From positions 332,920 through 396,919 of the forward strand of contig CBDCVP010000021.1 in NCBI GenBank assembly GCA_965223025.1: a DNA stretch of 64,000 nucleotides, given 5' to 3'. This stretch comes from Saprospiraceae bacterium (GTDB taxonomy: Bacteria > Bacteroidota > Bacteroidia > Chitinophagales > Saprospiraceae). The notes beneath the pieces are model-generated. The model was given only the letters and a program-made list of their open reading frames with translations. It was not told the DNA's origin and ran no database searches. Position numbers and translations under genes: made by a program. Positions 20,438-29,779 of this stretch are shown piece by piece (the first letter of the stretch is position 1; each line of letters begins with the position of its first letter).

Positions 20438-20722
20438 TCATACCAGATCTTTATCATCCCATGTGACCATACAAGGATCGTCCAGGTGGCTCCTGGAATG
20501 GTCATTCTCAATTGATTGATTGATTTTTTCATCCAGATCCTTCAGAATATCGTGCGATAGCCAGGCGATCATCCACGACATCTGAGCATGATACAATGCA
20601 GCTTCCTGACTGTCCGCATCCTTATCTCGATCCAGTTGAGATTTTCCTGAAAAATGTCGGCCTTTATCCATGAATCGCAGGATGATCTGATGCGTTGCCG
20701 AAGCCATATGGGGTGCGATCAA
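20438..20722 (-). CDS. Hypothetical small protein (94 aa)
   Basis: The ORF is tightly packed after the LuxR-HTH gene on the same strand. No motif recognised. It may be non-coding. Confidence 0.25.
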   Translation of the reverse strand: MIAPHMASATHQIILRFMDKGRHFSGKSQLDRDKDADSQEAALYHAQMSWMIAWLSHDILKDLDEKINQSIENDHSRSHLDDPCMVTWDDKDLV

Positions 20723-20764
20723 GTTTACCTGATGCTGGTTTCTGCAACAAAATCAATTCTCAGG

Positions 20765-20992
20765 TTAGTTCCTGGTCAACTGTCCCAGATTAAGTAGTCC
20801 CAGCTCAAATCCTCGTCGCACTAGACCGGCAAGGTTTTTGACCTCCAGTTTTTCCCGAAGATTCTTCTTGTGTGTGTTCACTGTGTTGGTGGATATATAC
20901 AGTTCTTGTGCTATCTCTCTGGATGTGTGCTCATAAGCGATTAGCCTGAGTACTTCCTTTTCACGTTGTGATAAAGTCTTCAATAACATCAT
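20765..20992 (-). CDS. Stand-alone LuxR/GerE-type HTH transcriptional regulator (75 aa)
   Basis: LSQREKEVLRLIAYEHTSREIAQELYISTNTVNTHKKNLREKL is a canonical GerE/LuxR HTH. Confidence 0.65.
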   Translation of the reverse strand: MMLLKTLSQREKEVLRLIAYEHTSREIAQELYISTNTVNTHKKNLREKLEVKNLAGLVRRGFELGLLNLGQLTRN

Positions 20993-21180
20993 GAAATAAG
21001 TTTAATAAGTCGATGATGAGCCCAATATCTGGGTAATTAGTCATGATGACCCTACACCCAGGGATAGTTTTAGTGCAGATTTTCTAAAAAAGCTCACATC
21101 TCCCAACCAGGTCTTACAGGCTCCTGAATAAAGGCATCTGCGATTTCCGAACCAGATGCCGTCATCTGCTCCGCGTCCCA

Positions 21181-21362
21181 GAAAATCTCCTGACCACCCA
21201 TACGCAATGACAGTACACCCAACAAAGTGATTTCGGTGAGGTGGGCCCCATAGTCAAAATGGGAACTAGCAGAAAATCTCCTGACCACCCATACGCAATG
21301 ACAGTACACCCAACAAAGTGATTTCGGTGAGGTGGGCCCCATAGTCAAAATGGGAACTAGCA
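21181..21362. repeat. Perfect 2 x 91-bp direct tandem duplication inside the oxidoreductase gene
   Basis: Copy A 21181-21271 and copy B 21272-21362 are identical. The length is not a multiple of 3. Confidence 0.9.
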
Positions 21363-22591
21363 GGCGGACCACCCTTGATGGCATCCACCCAATCACGGTG
21401 ATGACCTTGGGTCGGTGACAGTGTAGTGGGAGGACTTTGCCCCAATGCATTTGGAAAAAATGTAGGTTGTTCCGAGGATCGATCTGTGATCATAACTCCC
21501 TTCTCACCGATATACATGGCACCTCTATTGACAAAGGTAAAGTCGGCTGGTACGATCTCCGGTCTTGCTGGTTGCAGACCACCTGAGTACCAGGTCAAGT
21601 CGATGGCTTTTTGTTGCAAGGTAGCTGGGAACCGGTAATAGCCAATTTCCCCATAGGGTGCAATGTCTTCGGTACTCAGCCCAGCAGGCCTAATCGTGAC
21701 GGTAGATGGTAGTGGCAAGTCTAAGCCCCAGACGGCTGCATCCATGTCGTGACATCCAAAATCACCGAGTGCACCACAACCAAATTCCCAGAAATCGCGC
21801 CAGGTCACAGGAGCATATGCATGATGGAATGGACGGTAGGATCTAGGCCCCAACCATAAATCCCAGTTGAAATCATAAGGAATCGGACTGCTACCATCTG
21901 GCAGACCATCAAGGGACCTGATCCAGCGTGAGGCAGGTACCCAGGCATGAATGGACTGAATAGTGCCAATGGTGCCAGCACGCAAGTGTTCTACTGTGTT
22001 TCGCACCGATGGTGAGCTATGACCTTGGTTTCCCAACTGTGTCGCTAAGCCGGTTTCTTTGGCCAATCGCTTCAACTCACGCGCTTCCCAGATGTTATGG
22101 GTGAGGGGCTTTTCACAGTACACGTGCTTGCCGGAGCGCATAGCATGAATCGAGACAAAAGCATGGGTGTGGTCTGGTGTAGCGCAAAGAATGGCATCCA
22201 GGGAGCTTTCTTTGTCTAGCATTTTCTGAAAATCTTCGTATTCAGCGACTTGATATTTTGACTGTGAATCACGCATGTGTGCTTCTATCATGGCCTTTAC
22301 GGGTCCACGTCCTGCCTTTGATCTGTAGTAAAAGTCCTTTAAATCCCAGTAGATGGCCGGATCAGCAATGGCTGTGATCTGGACGTCTCCGAGCTTTAGA
22401 AGCTCAGCTGCATTTTGGCGACCTCGTCCACCAGCACCCACCAGGCCTATATTTACTTTGTCACTGGGTGCTACATGATCTGGTCCGCCGAGTACGTGAC
22501 GGGGCACAATAACGAAACCGGCAGCTGAAGCAGCAGTATGCTTGATAAAACTTCTTCTTGTCTGGGTTAGGGTATCGCTCAGAATGTTCAT
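21266..22591 (-). CDS. Gfo/Idh/MocA-family NAD-dependent oxidoreductase with Tat signal (GH109-like); 3' end frameshifted by a 91-bp tandem duplication
   Basis: Tat motif RRSFIKHTAASAAGFV and a Rossmann GLVGAGGRG motif. The C-terminus ...SLRMGGQEIF is repeated in the downstream ORF 21094-21450, which would be the natural end without the duplication. Start set at the Met preceding the Tat signal. Confidence 0.7.
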   Translation of the reverse strand: MNILSDTLTQTRRSFIKHTAASAAGFVIVPRHVLGGPDHVAPSDKVNIGLVGAGGRGRQNAAELLKLGDVQITAIADPAIYWDLKDFYYRSKAGRGPVKAMIEAHMRDSQSKYQVAEYEDFQKMLDKESSLDAILCATPDHTHAFVSIHAMRSGKHVYCEKPLTHNIWEARELKRLAKETGLATQLGNQGHSSPSVRNTVEHLRAGTIGTIQSIHAWVPASRWIRSLDGLPDGSSPIPYDFNWDLWLGPRSYRPFHHAYAPVTWRDFWEFGCGALGDFGCHDMDAAVWGLDLPLPSTVTIRPAGLSTEDIAPYGEIGYYRFPATLQQKAIDLTWYSGGLQPARPEIVPADFTFVNRGAMYIGEKGVMITDRSSEQPTFFPNALGQSPPTTLSPTQGHHRDWVDAIKGGPPASSHFDYGAHLTEITLLGVLSLRMGGQEIFC

Positions 22592-22712
22592 AGCAGCGAG
22601 TTGGACATTGGTGACTACCCAAGATAAGAAGGTTTGTGAAAGATCGGCATCGCCGATGTCAGATTGTTGTCTCCTGGCGATCGTACTTAGTACGTTGTTT
22701 ACTGGGTTTTTG

Positions 22713-25700
22713 TCAGAATGAATTAATTTTGACCTCCAAGGTGTTTTTGCCAGGGCTAAGTCGGATGGTGCCAAAACTTAAATTGGCATTTTCACCGTTT
22801 AGGGTAATTACGGCCTGGGGTGAGAAATCCGTGTGAAATTCACCCACCATGTTGGCAGGGAGCGAGATTTCATAACGTGTCAATCTATTGTTTACCAGCT
22901 GATAGTCAGCAGAAATCTTACCCAATAAAGTAGGTACCTCAATACTACTGCTGGTCAGATCTCCCATCTGTGGGTGAATGCTGACAATATCAAATCCAGC
23001 AGATTTCGGCTGGATACCCCATAGCCAGCGGGGAATGATGTTGGCAGGAGCGGCACCCCAGGCATGATTCCAATCGGCATTGGGTTTATACTTCATATCC
23101 CAAGCCTCCAGGGTGATGGTAGATCCAATCTCGATCATGTGCCACCAACTACGATCGTCGGTGGCTCTCATTAGATCCAATGCGTATTGTCCCTCACCCG
23201 CCCGATACAGTCCTTCTAGGAGGTATTGGGCACCATATACACTGCAAGCCATACCGCGTGATTTCACAAAGGCCACGACAGATTCCAGGTACTTTGTCGG
23301 TACCAAACCGAAGGCAAGTGGCAGCATATTGGAGTGCAGTGAGGAGTGGGTAGCACCGATGCCATCGATATATACACCTTTCTTTTGATCGAAGAGTTTA
23401 TGCTGAATGGCCTTTTTCACTTTGGCTGCCATTAGCGCAAAATAGTCTGCGTCCTCGCTCTTCTGCAGTAGATCCGCCAATTCATGCATGATCTTCATAT
23501 TGGCATAATAAAAGCAATTCACTACAGTGTTTACCGGTAGCATTTGATGACCATCTCTTTCACCTTCAGCAGTGGCAAGTTTCCAACCAGTATCTGCCTG
23601 GGCTGGAGGCCAATCCACAATATCTTTTAACCGTAAAGTGGTGTCTCGAAACCCGAGTTGTTGCATGAAGGTGCCATCAAGGCTTGCATGCTTAGATGAG
23701 ATGAGACCATCGGGACCCGCCAATTCATGCAGGGTTTTCTTCTTTAGTGCATCATAGTAGTGAGCTATGAGCTCGGTGTCTCCCGAGTGATAGTAATCCT
23801 GGTACATCATCAGGGCTGTATGCAACAACCATTCAGTGGGCCAAGTAGGATGTTTCATAAAGTATTCGATGGTCTGTTTAGCCATGGCATATTCGCGGTC
23901 AGTTCCATAGTGGCCAAGCTGATTGATATATGCATCCGCTTCATAGGGGATGCGTTCGCGATCACCATCGATATAGTATCCAGTAAATGAGGTGGCTTTC
24001 ATACTGTATTTGCAGATGTCCCAGATCTGATTCACAATACTATCTGAAGAGGTAAAAGAACTCTGACCATAATCGAAGTAGTGGAAATATGCCCTTTGAA
24101 CGACTGATGGAGGTTTGATCTTCTGATTGGTTTTTTCAATTTCGCAGTACCGAAAGGGCATAACGATCCCAAACGAGTCAGGAATTTGCACCGCATTAGA
24201 TCCAGTATTGCGTTCGTCAGCTGGCAGCTCTACGACGTAATGACTTTGGCCCGGTTGCACCGACAGATTCACTTCTTGATAGCGTATTGTCCCCCCGGGA
24301 TCACGATCGATTTGATCATCCTTTAGTTTTTCACCCATTCTGATGGTCAGTGTTTCTGGTTGGTGACAGACATAGTTTAGCTCTAGCGTGCCGAATGCAG
24401 CTCTACCGAAATCAATAAAATAGCCAGCATTAGTTTCTTTGAAATGTACTGGAGCTATTTTTTCGATCTCCAATCGATTGGCTGAGGAAAGGGTTTCTCC
24501 CCATGCACCTGTGCGAAACATCTGCGTATCTGAATAGCTAGAGAGCCGATTATCTTTGTCCCAGATTCGGACCTTCCAGAAGTACTGATGGTGCGGCTTT
24601 AGTTCTTTATTATCAAATGAAATATTGGTGGATTGTCTGCCCCGCACCTGTCCGCTGTTCCACACATCACCAATGTTTTTATCGATGAGCGCCCTGGTTG
24701 AAGAGACTAAGATCTGATAGCCCTTTTGGAAAACAGCTTGTTTTGGCACTATCCAACTAAATTCAGGTTTGGGATCTACGATCAACGTCTTGGCCGGGTC
24801 GCGAATATATTCAACCATTAGGTGGCTTGGTTTTCCCGATAGGGGGTCAGCGTATTTTTGTGCCAGCTCATCACATTTGGCTTGCAACGTTTGGAGCTTG
24901 CTCCGGTATGCATCATCTCCTGCCAGGTTGTTGATTTCGCGAGGATCAGAGGCCAGATCATAGAGTTCCTCTGCAGACTTGTCATTGACGTAGCGCATGT
25001 ACTTCCAAGAGTGGGTCCTGACGCCTTCGCTGGGTGGGATGTTTGTAAATTCCCATAGATGTTCTATAAGGACCGCTTCCCGGTCTAGCTCCGCGTCACG
25101 TTGATAAATCATAGGTAACAGACTTTTGCCGTGCCAGCTATCGGGTGCAGGTATATCTGCCAAATCGAGTATGGTAGATGGAATGTCCACATTGAGAGCC
25201 AGGTCATCGATATCTTTATGTCCATCAGCACGCGGATCATAAATGATCAGTGGTACTCTAATGGAGTTATCATACATCAGCCATTTGCCGGCCAGTTGGC
25301 GTTCTCCCAAGAAGTAGCCATTGTCTCCCATCAACATAATGACGGTATTTTGATCCAGCCCCTTTTCTGCAAGTTTTTTTCTAATCGATGCTATTTCATT
25401 GTCAATTCCCTTGATCATACGGTAGTATCCCTTTACACTATGTTGATACTTTTCGGGTGTGTCATAGCGCCAGGTCCATCGGAGTCGATTGAAACCTTCT
25501 CTGACTGGCAGTGGCAATTGGTTGAAGAAAACATCTTCGGAGATAGCGGCCTTAGGCATCTCCATATCCCGATAAAGTGGATCTTGCTTGTCCTGCCAAA
25601 AGTATTGTTCGGTCGCACCATCGTGCGCATGAGGAGCACTGAAGCTAATGGATAAGCAAAAGGGTTGGTCCTCAGGTGCCTGATCAATAAACTCCATTGC

Positions 25701-26264
25701 TCTCTCACCTGTATATCTAGTTAAGTGAACAATTTCTCCATCCAATTCTTTGTAATAGTAACCTCTGTGGTCACGATACCGATTATTGCGATCATAGTCT
25801 TCCATGACATCAAAGAGACCGGATTTGCCATTGTAATTAACACCAAATTTGCCATAGAACCCCGTATAGTATCCTGCTTCCCGTAGCAATTTTGGATAGG
25901 ATGATTGCATATATTCACCTCGAATGCCACCGGTCTGAAAAGTGTATTTATGGGTCCGTTCGTACAAACCAGTGAATATGCTGGCTCGGCTGGCAGCACA
26001 GATGGGTGTCGTGACCAGAGCCTGCTTAAAAAAAGCACCTTCTGTAGCCAGACGATCCATTTCAGGGGTCTGAATGATTGGATTGCCCGCATACCCCAGA
26101 GCATCCCATCTTTGATCATCTGTGAGAATGAAGATAATATTGGGTCTGTCCAAATCCTGTCCTGATTGAGCAGTACTCATGAACACTTTTCCGAAGAGCA
26201 GTAATACGATGATCTTAATGACGACAGGTTGTTTTGATCTAGGTATATTGAATATTGTAATCAC
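22713..26264 (-). CDS. Bimodular enzyme: N-terminal S1 formylglycine-dependent sulfatase fused to a C-terminal GH78 alpha-L-rhamnosidase
   Basis: Sulfatase signature C-A-A-S-R-A-S (PICAASRASIFTG) and LTDDQRWD near the N-terminus. From about residue 480 the GH78 N-domain pattern appears (FSWIVP...YQILVSS...WNSGQV...YFWKVRIWD). A six-hairpin catalytic region follows (WDMKYKPNADWNHAWGAAPANIIPRWLWGIQP). Signal peptide at the N-terminus. Confidence 0.7.
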   Translation of the reverse strand: MITIFNIPRSKQPVVIKIIVLLLFGKVFMSTAQSGQDLDRPNIIFILTDDQRWDALGYAGNPIIQTPEMDRLATEGAFFKQALVTTPICAASRASIFTGLYERTHKYTFQTGGIRGEYMQSSYPKLLREAGYYTGFYGKFGVNYNGKSGLFDVMEDYDRNNRYRDHRGYYYKELDGEIVHLTRYTGERAMEFIDQAPEDQPFCLSISFSAPHAHDGATEQYFWQDKQDPLYRDMEMPKAAISEDVFFNQLPLPVREGFNRLRWTWRYDTPEKYQHSVKGYYRMIKGIDNEIASIRKKLAEKGLDQNTVIMLMGDNGYFLGERQLAGKWLMYDNSIRVPLIIYDPRADGHKDIDDLALNVDIPSTILDLADIPAPDSWHGKSLLPMIYQRDAELDREAVLIEHLWEFTNIPPSEGVRTHSWKYMRYVNDKSAEELYDLASDPREINNLAGDDAYRSKLQTLQAKCDELAQKYADPLSGKPSHLMVEYIRDPAKTLIVDPKPEFSWIVPKQAVFQKGYQILVSSTRALIDKNIGDVWNSGQVRGRQSTNISFDNKELKPHHQYFWKVRIWDKDNRLSSYSDTQMFRTGAWGETLSSANRLEIEKIAPVHFKETNAGYFIDFGRAAFGTLELNYVCHQPETLTIRMGEKLKDDQIDRDPGGTIRYQEVNLSVQPGQSHYVVELPADERNTGSNAVQIPDSFGIVMPFRYCEIEKTNQKIKPPSVVQRAYFHYFDYGQSSFTSSDSIVNQIWDICKYSMKATSFTGYYIDGDRERIPYEADAYINQLGHYGTDREYAMAKQTIEYFMKHPTWPTEWLLHTALMMYQDYYHSGDTELIAHYYDALKKKTLHELAGPDGLISSKHASLDGTFMQQLGFRDTTLRLKDIVDWPPAQADTGWKLATAEGERDGHQMLPVNTVVNCFYYANMKIMHELADLLQKSEDADYFALMAAKVKKAIQHKLFDQKKGVYIDGIGATHSSLHSNMLPLAFGLVPTKYLESVVAFVKSRGMACSVYGAQYLLEGLYRAGEGQYALDLMRATDDRSWWHMIEIGSTITLEAWDMKYKPNADWNHAWGAAPANIIPRWLWGIQPKSAGFDIVSIHPQMGDLTSSSIEVPTLLGKISADYQLVNNRLTRYEISLPANMVGEFHTDFSPQAVITLNGENANLSFGTIRLSPGKNTLEVKINSF

Positions 26265-26608
26265 AGGTTAGCTTTTATGGAGCCAAGAAAAGACAATTTG
26301 ATGAGAATAATGAGAAGATAGCTGCATACGTGTGCGGATTTAAGTAAGTGGTACCGATGTTAAGACGCTCGATCCCTGTGTGGATGCACATCTAAAAAAT
26401 ATAGGTATGTGCTTTCCAAGCATGGCCATCTCGTGTAATCTGCAGACTTAAGGCCTCGATAGCAGAATAGTTCAGGGATTTTGTACGTCTTAGTAGAGGA
26501 TAGCTTGGTTGATGTGCAACTCCGTGGGGTAAATGAAGAGTGAATTTATTCAGTTTGACCTTTTTGGATCGATTTTGGAATTGTCAGTAACTTAGCACAG
26601 GGATCACA

Positions 26609-29600
26609 ATGATTAAGGGAAAAACCATAGCGGTAGCTTTAAGCTGCATGTTATATAGTCTGCTGTCCATTGGTCAGAAGCTAGGCCCGGTTACCCAAAT
26701 CTCTCTGGAGCAGGGACTTTCAGACCGCCATATTAAGGACATCATTCACGACCATTACGGCTATCTTTGGATAGGTACGCGCAATGGCCTTAACCGTTAT
26801 GATGGCCTTCACATTGAAACCTATGACAACCATCCTGAGCGCCAGACACGCATCAGTGCCAAGGAAGTCAAGCAGATCCTGGCTAGAAAGGATGGATCAT
26901 TGGTCATTCAATATGAGAAAAATAGAAGATTTCTAGACATCATGTCCCCCGAATCTACCGTGGCTCAGAAACTCTTTATGAATCGTCAGAATGGAGTGGT
27001 AGGGGTGGTTGAGAAAGTAGATTTGTGCGAAGAAACCGGCGATGTCTTTTTGCTGGTAGAACGAGATTCGGCACTGGTGATCCAAAGGCTAAATGAAACC
27101 TATGTATTTGACAGCCTATATACGGTGAAAGGGCATCCAGCCCGAGCCTCCTCAATGTTTAATTTACTGGGACTTCCTGGAGGTGACGCTTGGATTAACG
27201 ACAATAACTTTGGAGTGATTCATGTAGATACCTTGGGCACCATCACGCATTCCATCCCACATGATAGTCTGGGTGTGCCGCATCAGTACGGGCAGGTGAG
27301 TATACTGCATCGCGATGATCAAGGTAGGACCTGGCTGGCATTCCACAATGCACCTGGTCTGTGGGAGTACAATGAAGCGGCACAGTACTTCACACCATTT
27401 CATGTGAGTGTCGAAAGAAAGACATTCAATAATATCTGGGAGGATGACCTTGGCAATGTGATGCTCGCCTATAAAGTGGGTGATCATATACTGGATATGT
27501 ATCTGGTGAAATCTGATGATGAGATCGTCCCTTTCAATAAACTTTTGAAGGTTAGTACGAATATTAATGAACTCTACAGTGAGGATTTTGAGAGTTTGAT
27601 CTTTCTTGGCACAGACAGCGGAGTGAAGAAGGTGAATCAGAATAAGAGATATGTGGTCAACTATCTGGGAAATGAAGAAAGTCCTGGCTTGGAAACGAAT
27701 GTACGCGGGATAACCTCGTTACCCAGTGGGCATGTTATCTTGAGTGGTGACAAGAATACATGGTATATTCTCAATCCAGTTGTGGACTCTGTGACCGTAA
27801 TCCCAGCAGATAGAGCTCATCCTACTCCGACCAACTATTGCAATTGCGCCAGGGAATTACTCGATGATCCCGATGGTTATGTTTGGGGTGTACGATATAG
27901 TGAGATGTATCATGCAGAACTACTAAGGCTAGATCTCCGAAACAGTTCATTTATGGCATATTCATTTCCCTACAAGATTCAGAGTTTGACCTTAGGACAA
28001 GATGGGCAAATTTGGTTGGTTTCTGGTGAGGAGGGGATAACGGGCAGGTTGACTTCATTCAATAAAGAAAGTAAGACTTTTCGCCACCACTTTAGCGCCG
28101 ATGACACAAATCCACTGGCCGCTTACACACCCAATGTCATCTATGAAGATAGATCGAATATCAAGTGGGTGGGAACGAATGACGGACTTCTAAGGATTGA
28201 CACAGAAGAGGGTACCAAAGAGACTTTTCAGTTTTCAGAGAGCAATTATTTTGGTCTGAGCAGTGATCGCATCTTCTGCATCACCGAGGATCACTTGGGC
28301 AACATTTGGATTGGTACGGATGCAGGGGTCAATGTTTATAATATTTCCACTGAGGAGTTTAGGTTCTATGATACTCGTGACGGTCTTGCCGACAATAATG
28401 TCACAGGCATCTTGGAGGATGAGAAGCACAATCTGTGGTTTAGCACTTACAATGGACTTTCCTACTTCGACACTCAGCTGAAGTCATTCAGAAATTTTGG
28501 GGTGGCAGATGGATTTAGTCAGAATCAGTTTAATCGATACAGTTTTCATCGAGCCATAGATGGCAAATTCTACTTTGGCGGTGTGAACGGCTTGAGCACA
28601 TTCAATCCCAACGATCTTTTAGAGAGGGATCTGGATGCACCCATCATCCTTGCTACGTTGTCGTTCTATGACCAAGAGGAGGGTGCCATCATCGAGCATT
28701 TGCATCACTTACACCAGATTGAGGAAGTGCGACTGCCGGCGAGTAATCGATATTTTGAATGCTCTTTTGCCCTTGCTGATTATTCACATCCCAATCTTAA
28801 CCAGTACCAGTATAAGCTCGAAGGATTGGATATAGATTGGAACTATCTCGGTACTCAGAATGAAATTCGATTTAACAATTTGCCCAGTGGCAAATATACC
28901 TTGCGCATCCGAGGTGCCGATAGAAATCTCAATCTCAGTGCTCAGGAGTATACCTTGCCCATTAAGGTAGAGCAGTATTTTTATCGAAAAGGATGGTTTG
29001 TGGTACTTTGTCTTACATTGCTTTCGCTAGCCATTTATTTGATTCATCACCTTGCTTTAAAGCAGGCAATCAATATGGAGCGCTTGCGGACGAAAATCTC
29101 TAGTGATCTCCATGATGATGTGGGAGGTCTGTTATCAGGATTGGCCATGCAGACCGAGTTGCTGCAGTATTCAGCTAAGGAGGCCGACAAGCCAAAACTT
29201 AAGAGAATCAGTGAGATGAGTCGCAATGCCATGGCTCAGATGCGAGATGTCATTTGGGCTACAGATGCCCGCAAAGACAAGTTCGAAGATCTCTTGGTGA
29301 GGATGAAAGAGCATGCGGCTGAGATACTGTTTCCAAGGGGGATCAACTGTGATTTTACTGTAGTGAATATCAATCGCGAAAAGAAGATCCCGGTACAGAT
29401 AAGACAAAATCTATATTTGATATTTAAGGAAGCCATCACCAATGTTGCCAAGCATTCCAGTGCCAGTCGCGTAGATGTTCGATTTGAGAAGGAGGGCTCA
29501 AAGATCAAATTGGAGATCAAAGATGATGGCGAGGTCCATCATACCAATGGGGTCACTTCATCTCTGAATGGCTCGGGCTTAAAGAATATGGAATTGAGAG

Positions 29601-29680
29601 CTGACAATATTCAGGCTGATTTGCTGATTGACAAGACCGATGGATTTTGTGTGGGCATCGAGATGAAGACTTTTTTATAG
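26609..29680 (+). CDS. Sensor histidine kinase with periplasmic two-component-regulator beta-propeller repeats and Y_Y_Y domain, one TM helix, HisKA_3 dimerisation domain and HATPase_c
   Basis: Repeated GxLWIGTxxGLxRYD propeller motifs. YQYKLEGLDIDW (Y_Y_Y). TM WFVVLCLTLLSLAIYLI. H-box LHDDVGGLLSGLAMQ. ATP-lid region. Confidence 0.75.
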   Translation: MIKGKTIAVALSCMLYSLLSIGQKLGPVTQISLEQGLSDRHIKDIIHDHYGYLWIGTRNGLNRYDGLHIETYDNHPERQTRISAKEVKQILARKDGSLVIQYEKNRRFLDIMSPESTVAQKLFMNRQNGVVGVVEKVDLCEETGDVFLLVERDSALVIQRLNETYVFDSLYTVKGHPARASSMFNLLGLPGGDAWINDNNFGVIHVDTLGTITHSIPHDSLGVPHQYGQVSILHRDDQGRTWLAFHNAPGLWEYNEAAQYFTPFHVSVERKTFNNIWEDDLGNVMLAYKVGDHILDMYLVKSDDEIVPFNKLLKVSTNINELYSEDFESLIFLGTDSGVKKVNQNKRYVVNYLGNEESPGLETNVRGITSLPSGHVILSGDKNTWYILNPVVDSVTVIPADRAHPTPTNYCNCARELLDDPDGYVWGVRYSEMYHAELLRLDLRNSSFMAYSFPYKIQSLTLGQDGQIWLVSGEEGITGRLTSFNKESKTFRHHFSADDTNPLAAYTPNVIYEDRSNIKWVGTNDGLLRIDTEEGTKETFQFSESNYFGLSSDRIFCITEDHLGNIWIGTDAGVNVYNISTEEFRFYDTRDGLADNNVTGILEDEKHNLWFSTYNGLSYFDTQLKSFRNFGVADGFSQNQFNRYSFHRAIDGKFYFGGVNGLSTFNPNDLLERDLDAPIILATLSFYDQEEGAIIEHLHHLHQIEEVRLPASNRYFECSFALADYSHPNLNQYQYKLEGLDIDWNYLGTQNEIRFNNLPSGKYTLRIRGADRNLNLSAQEYTLPIKVEQYFYRKGWFVVLCLTLLSLAIYLIHHLALKQAINMERLRTKISSDLHDDVGGLLSGLAMQTELLQYSAKEADKPKLKRISEMSRNAMAQMRDVIWATDARKDKFEDLLVRMKEHAAEILFPRGINCDFTVVNINREKKIPVQIRQNLYLIFKEAITNVAKHSSASRVDVRFEKEGSKIKLEIKDDGEVHHTNGVTSSLNGSGLKNMELRADNIQADLLIDKTDGFCVGIEMKTFL

Positions 29681-29779
29681 TCAAAAGAGCATAGGACTTT
29701 ACTTCACGATGATTTGGGTTGATTTTTGATTGTACAAGAGTATTGCAACGATATTATGAAGTCTAAATAGAGAATATGT

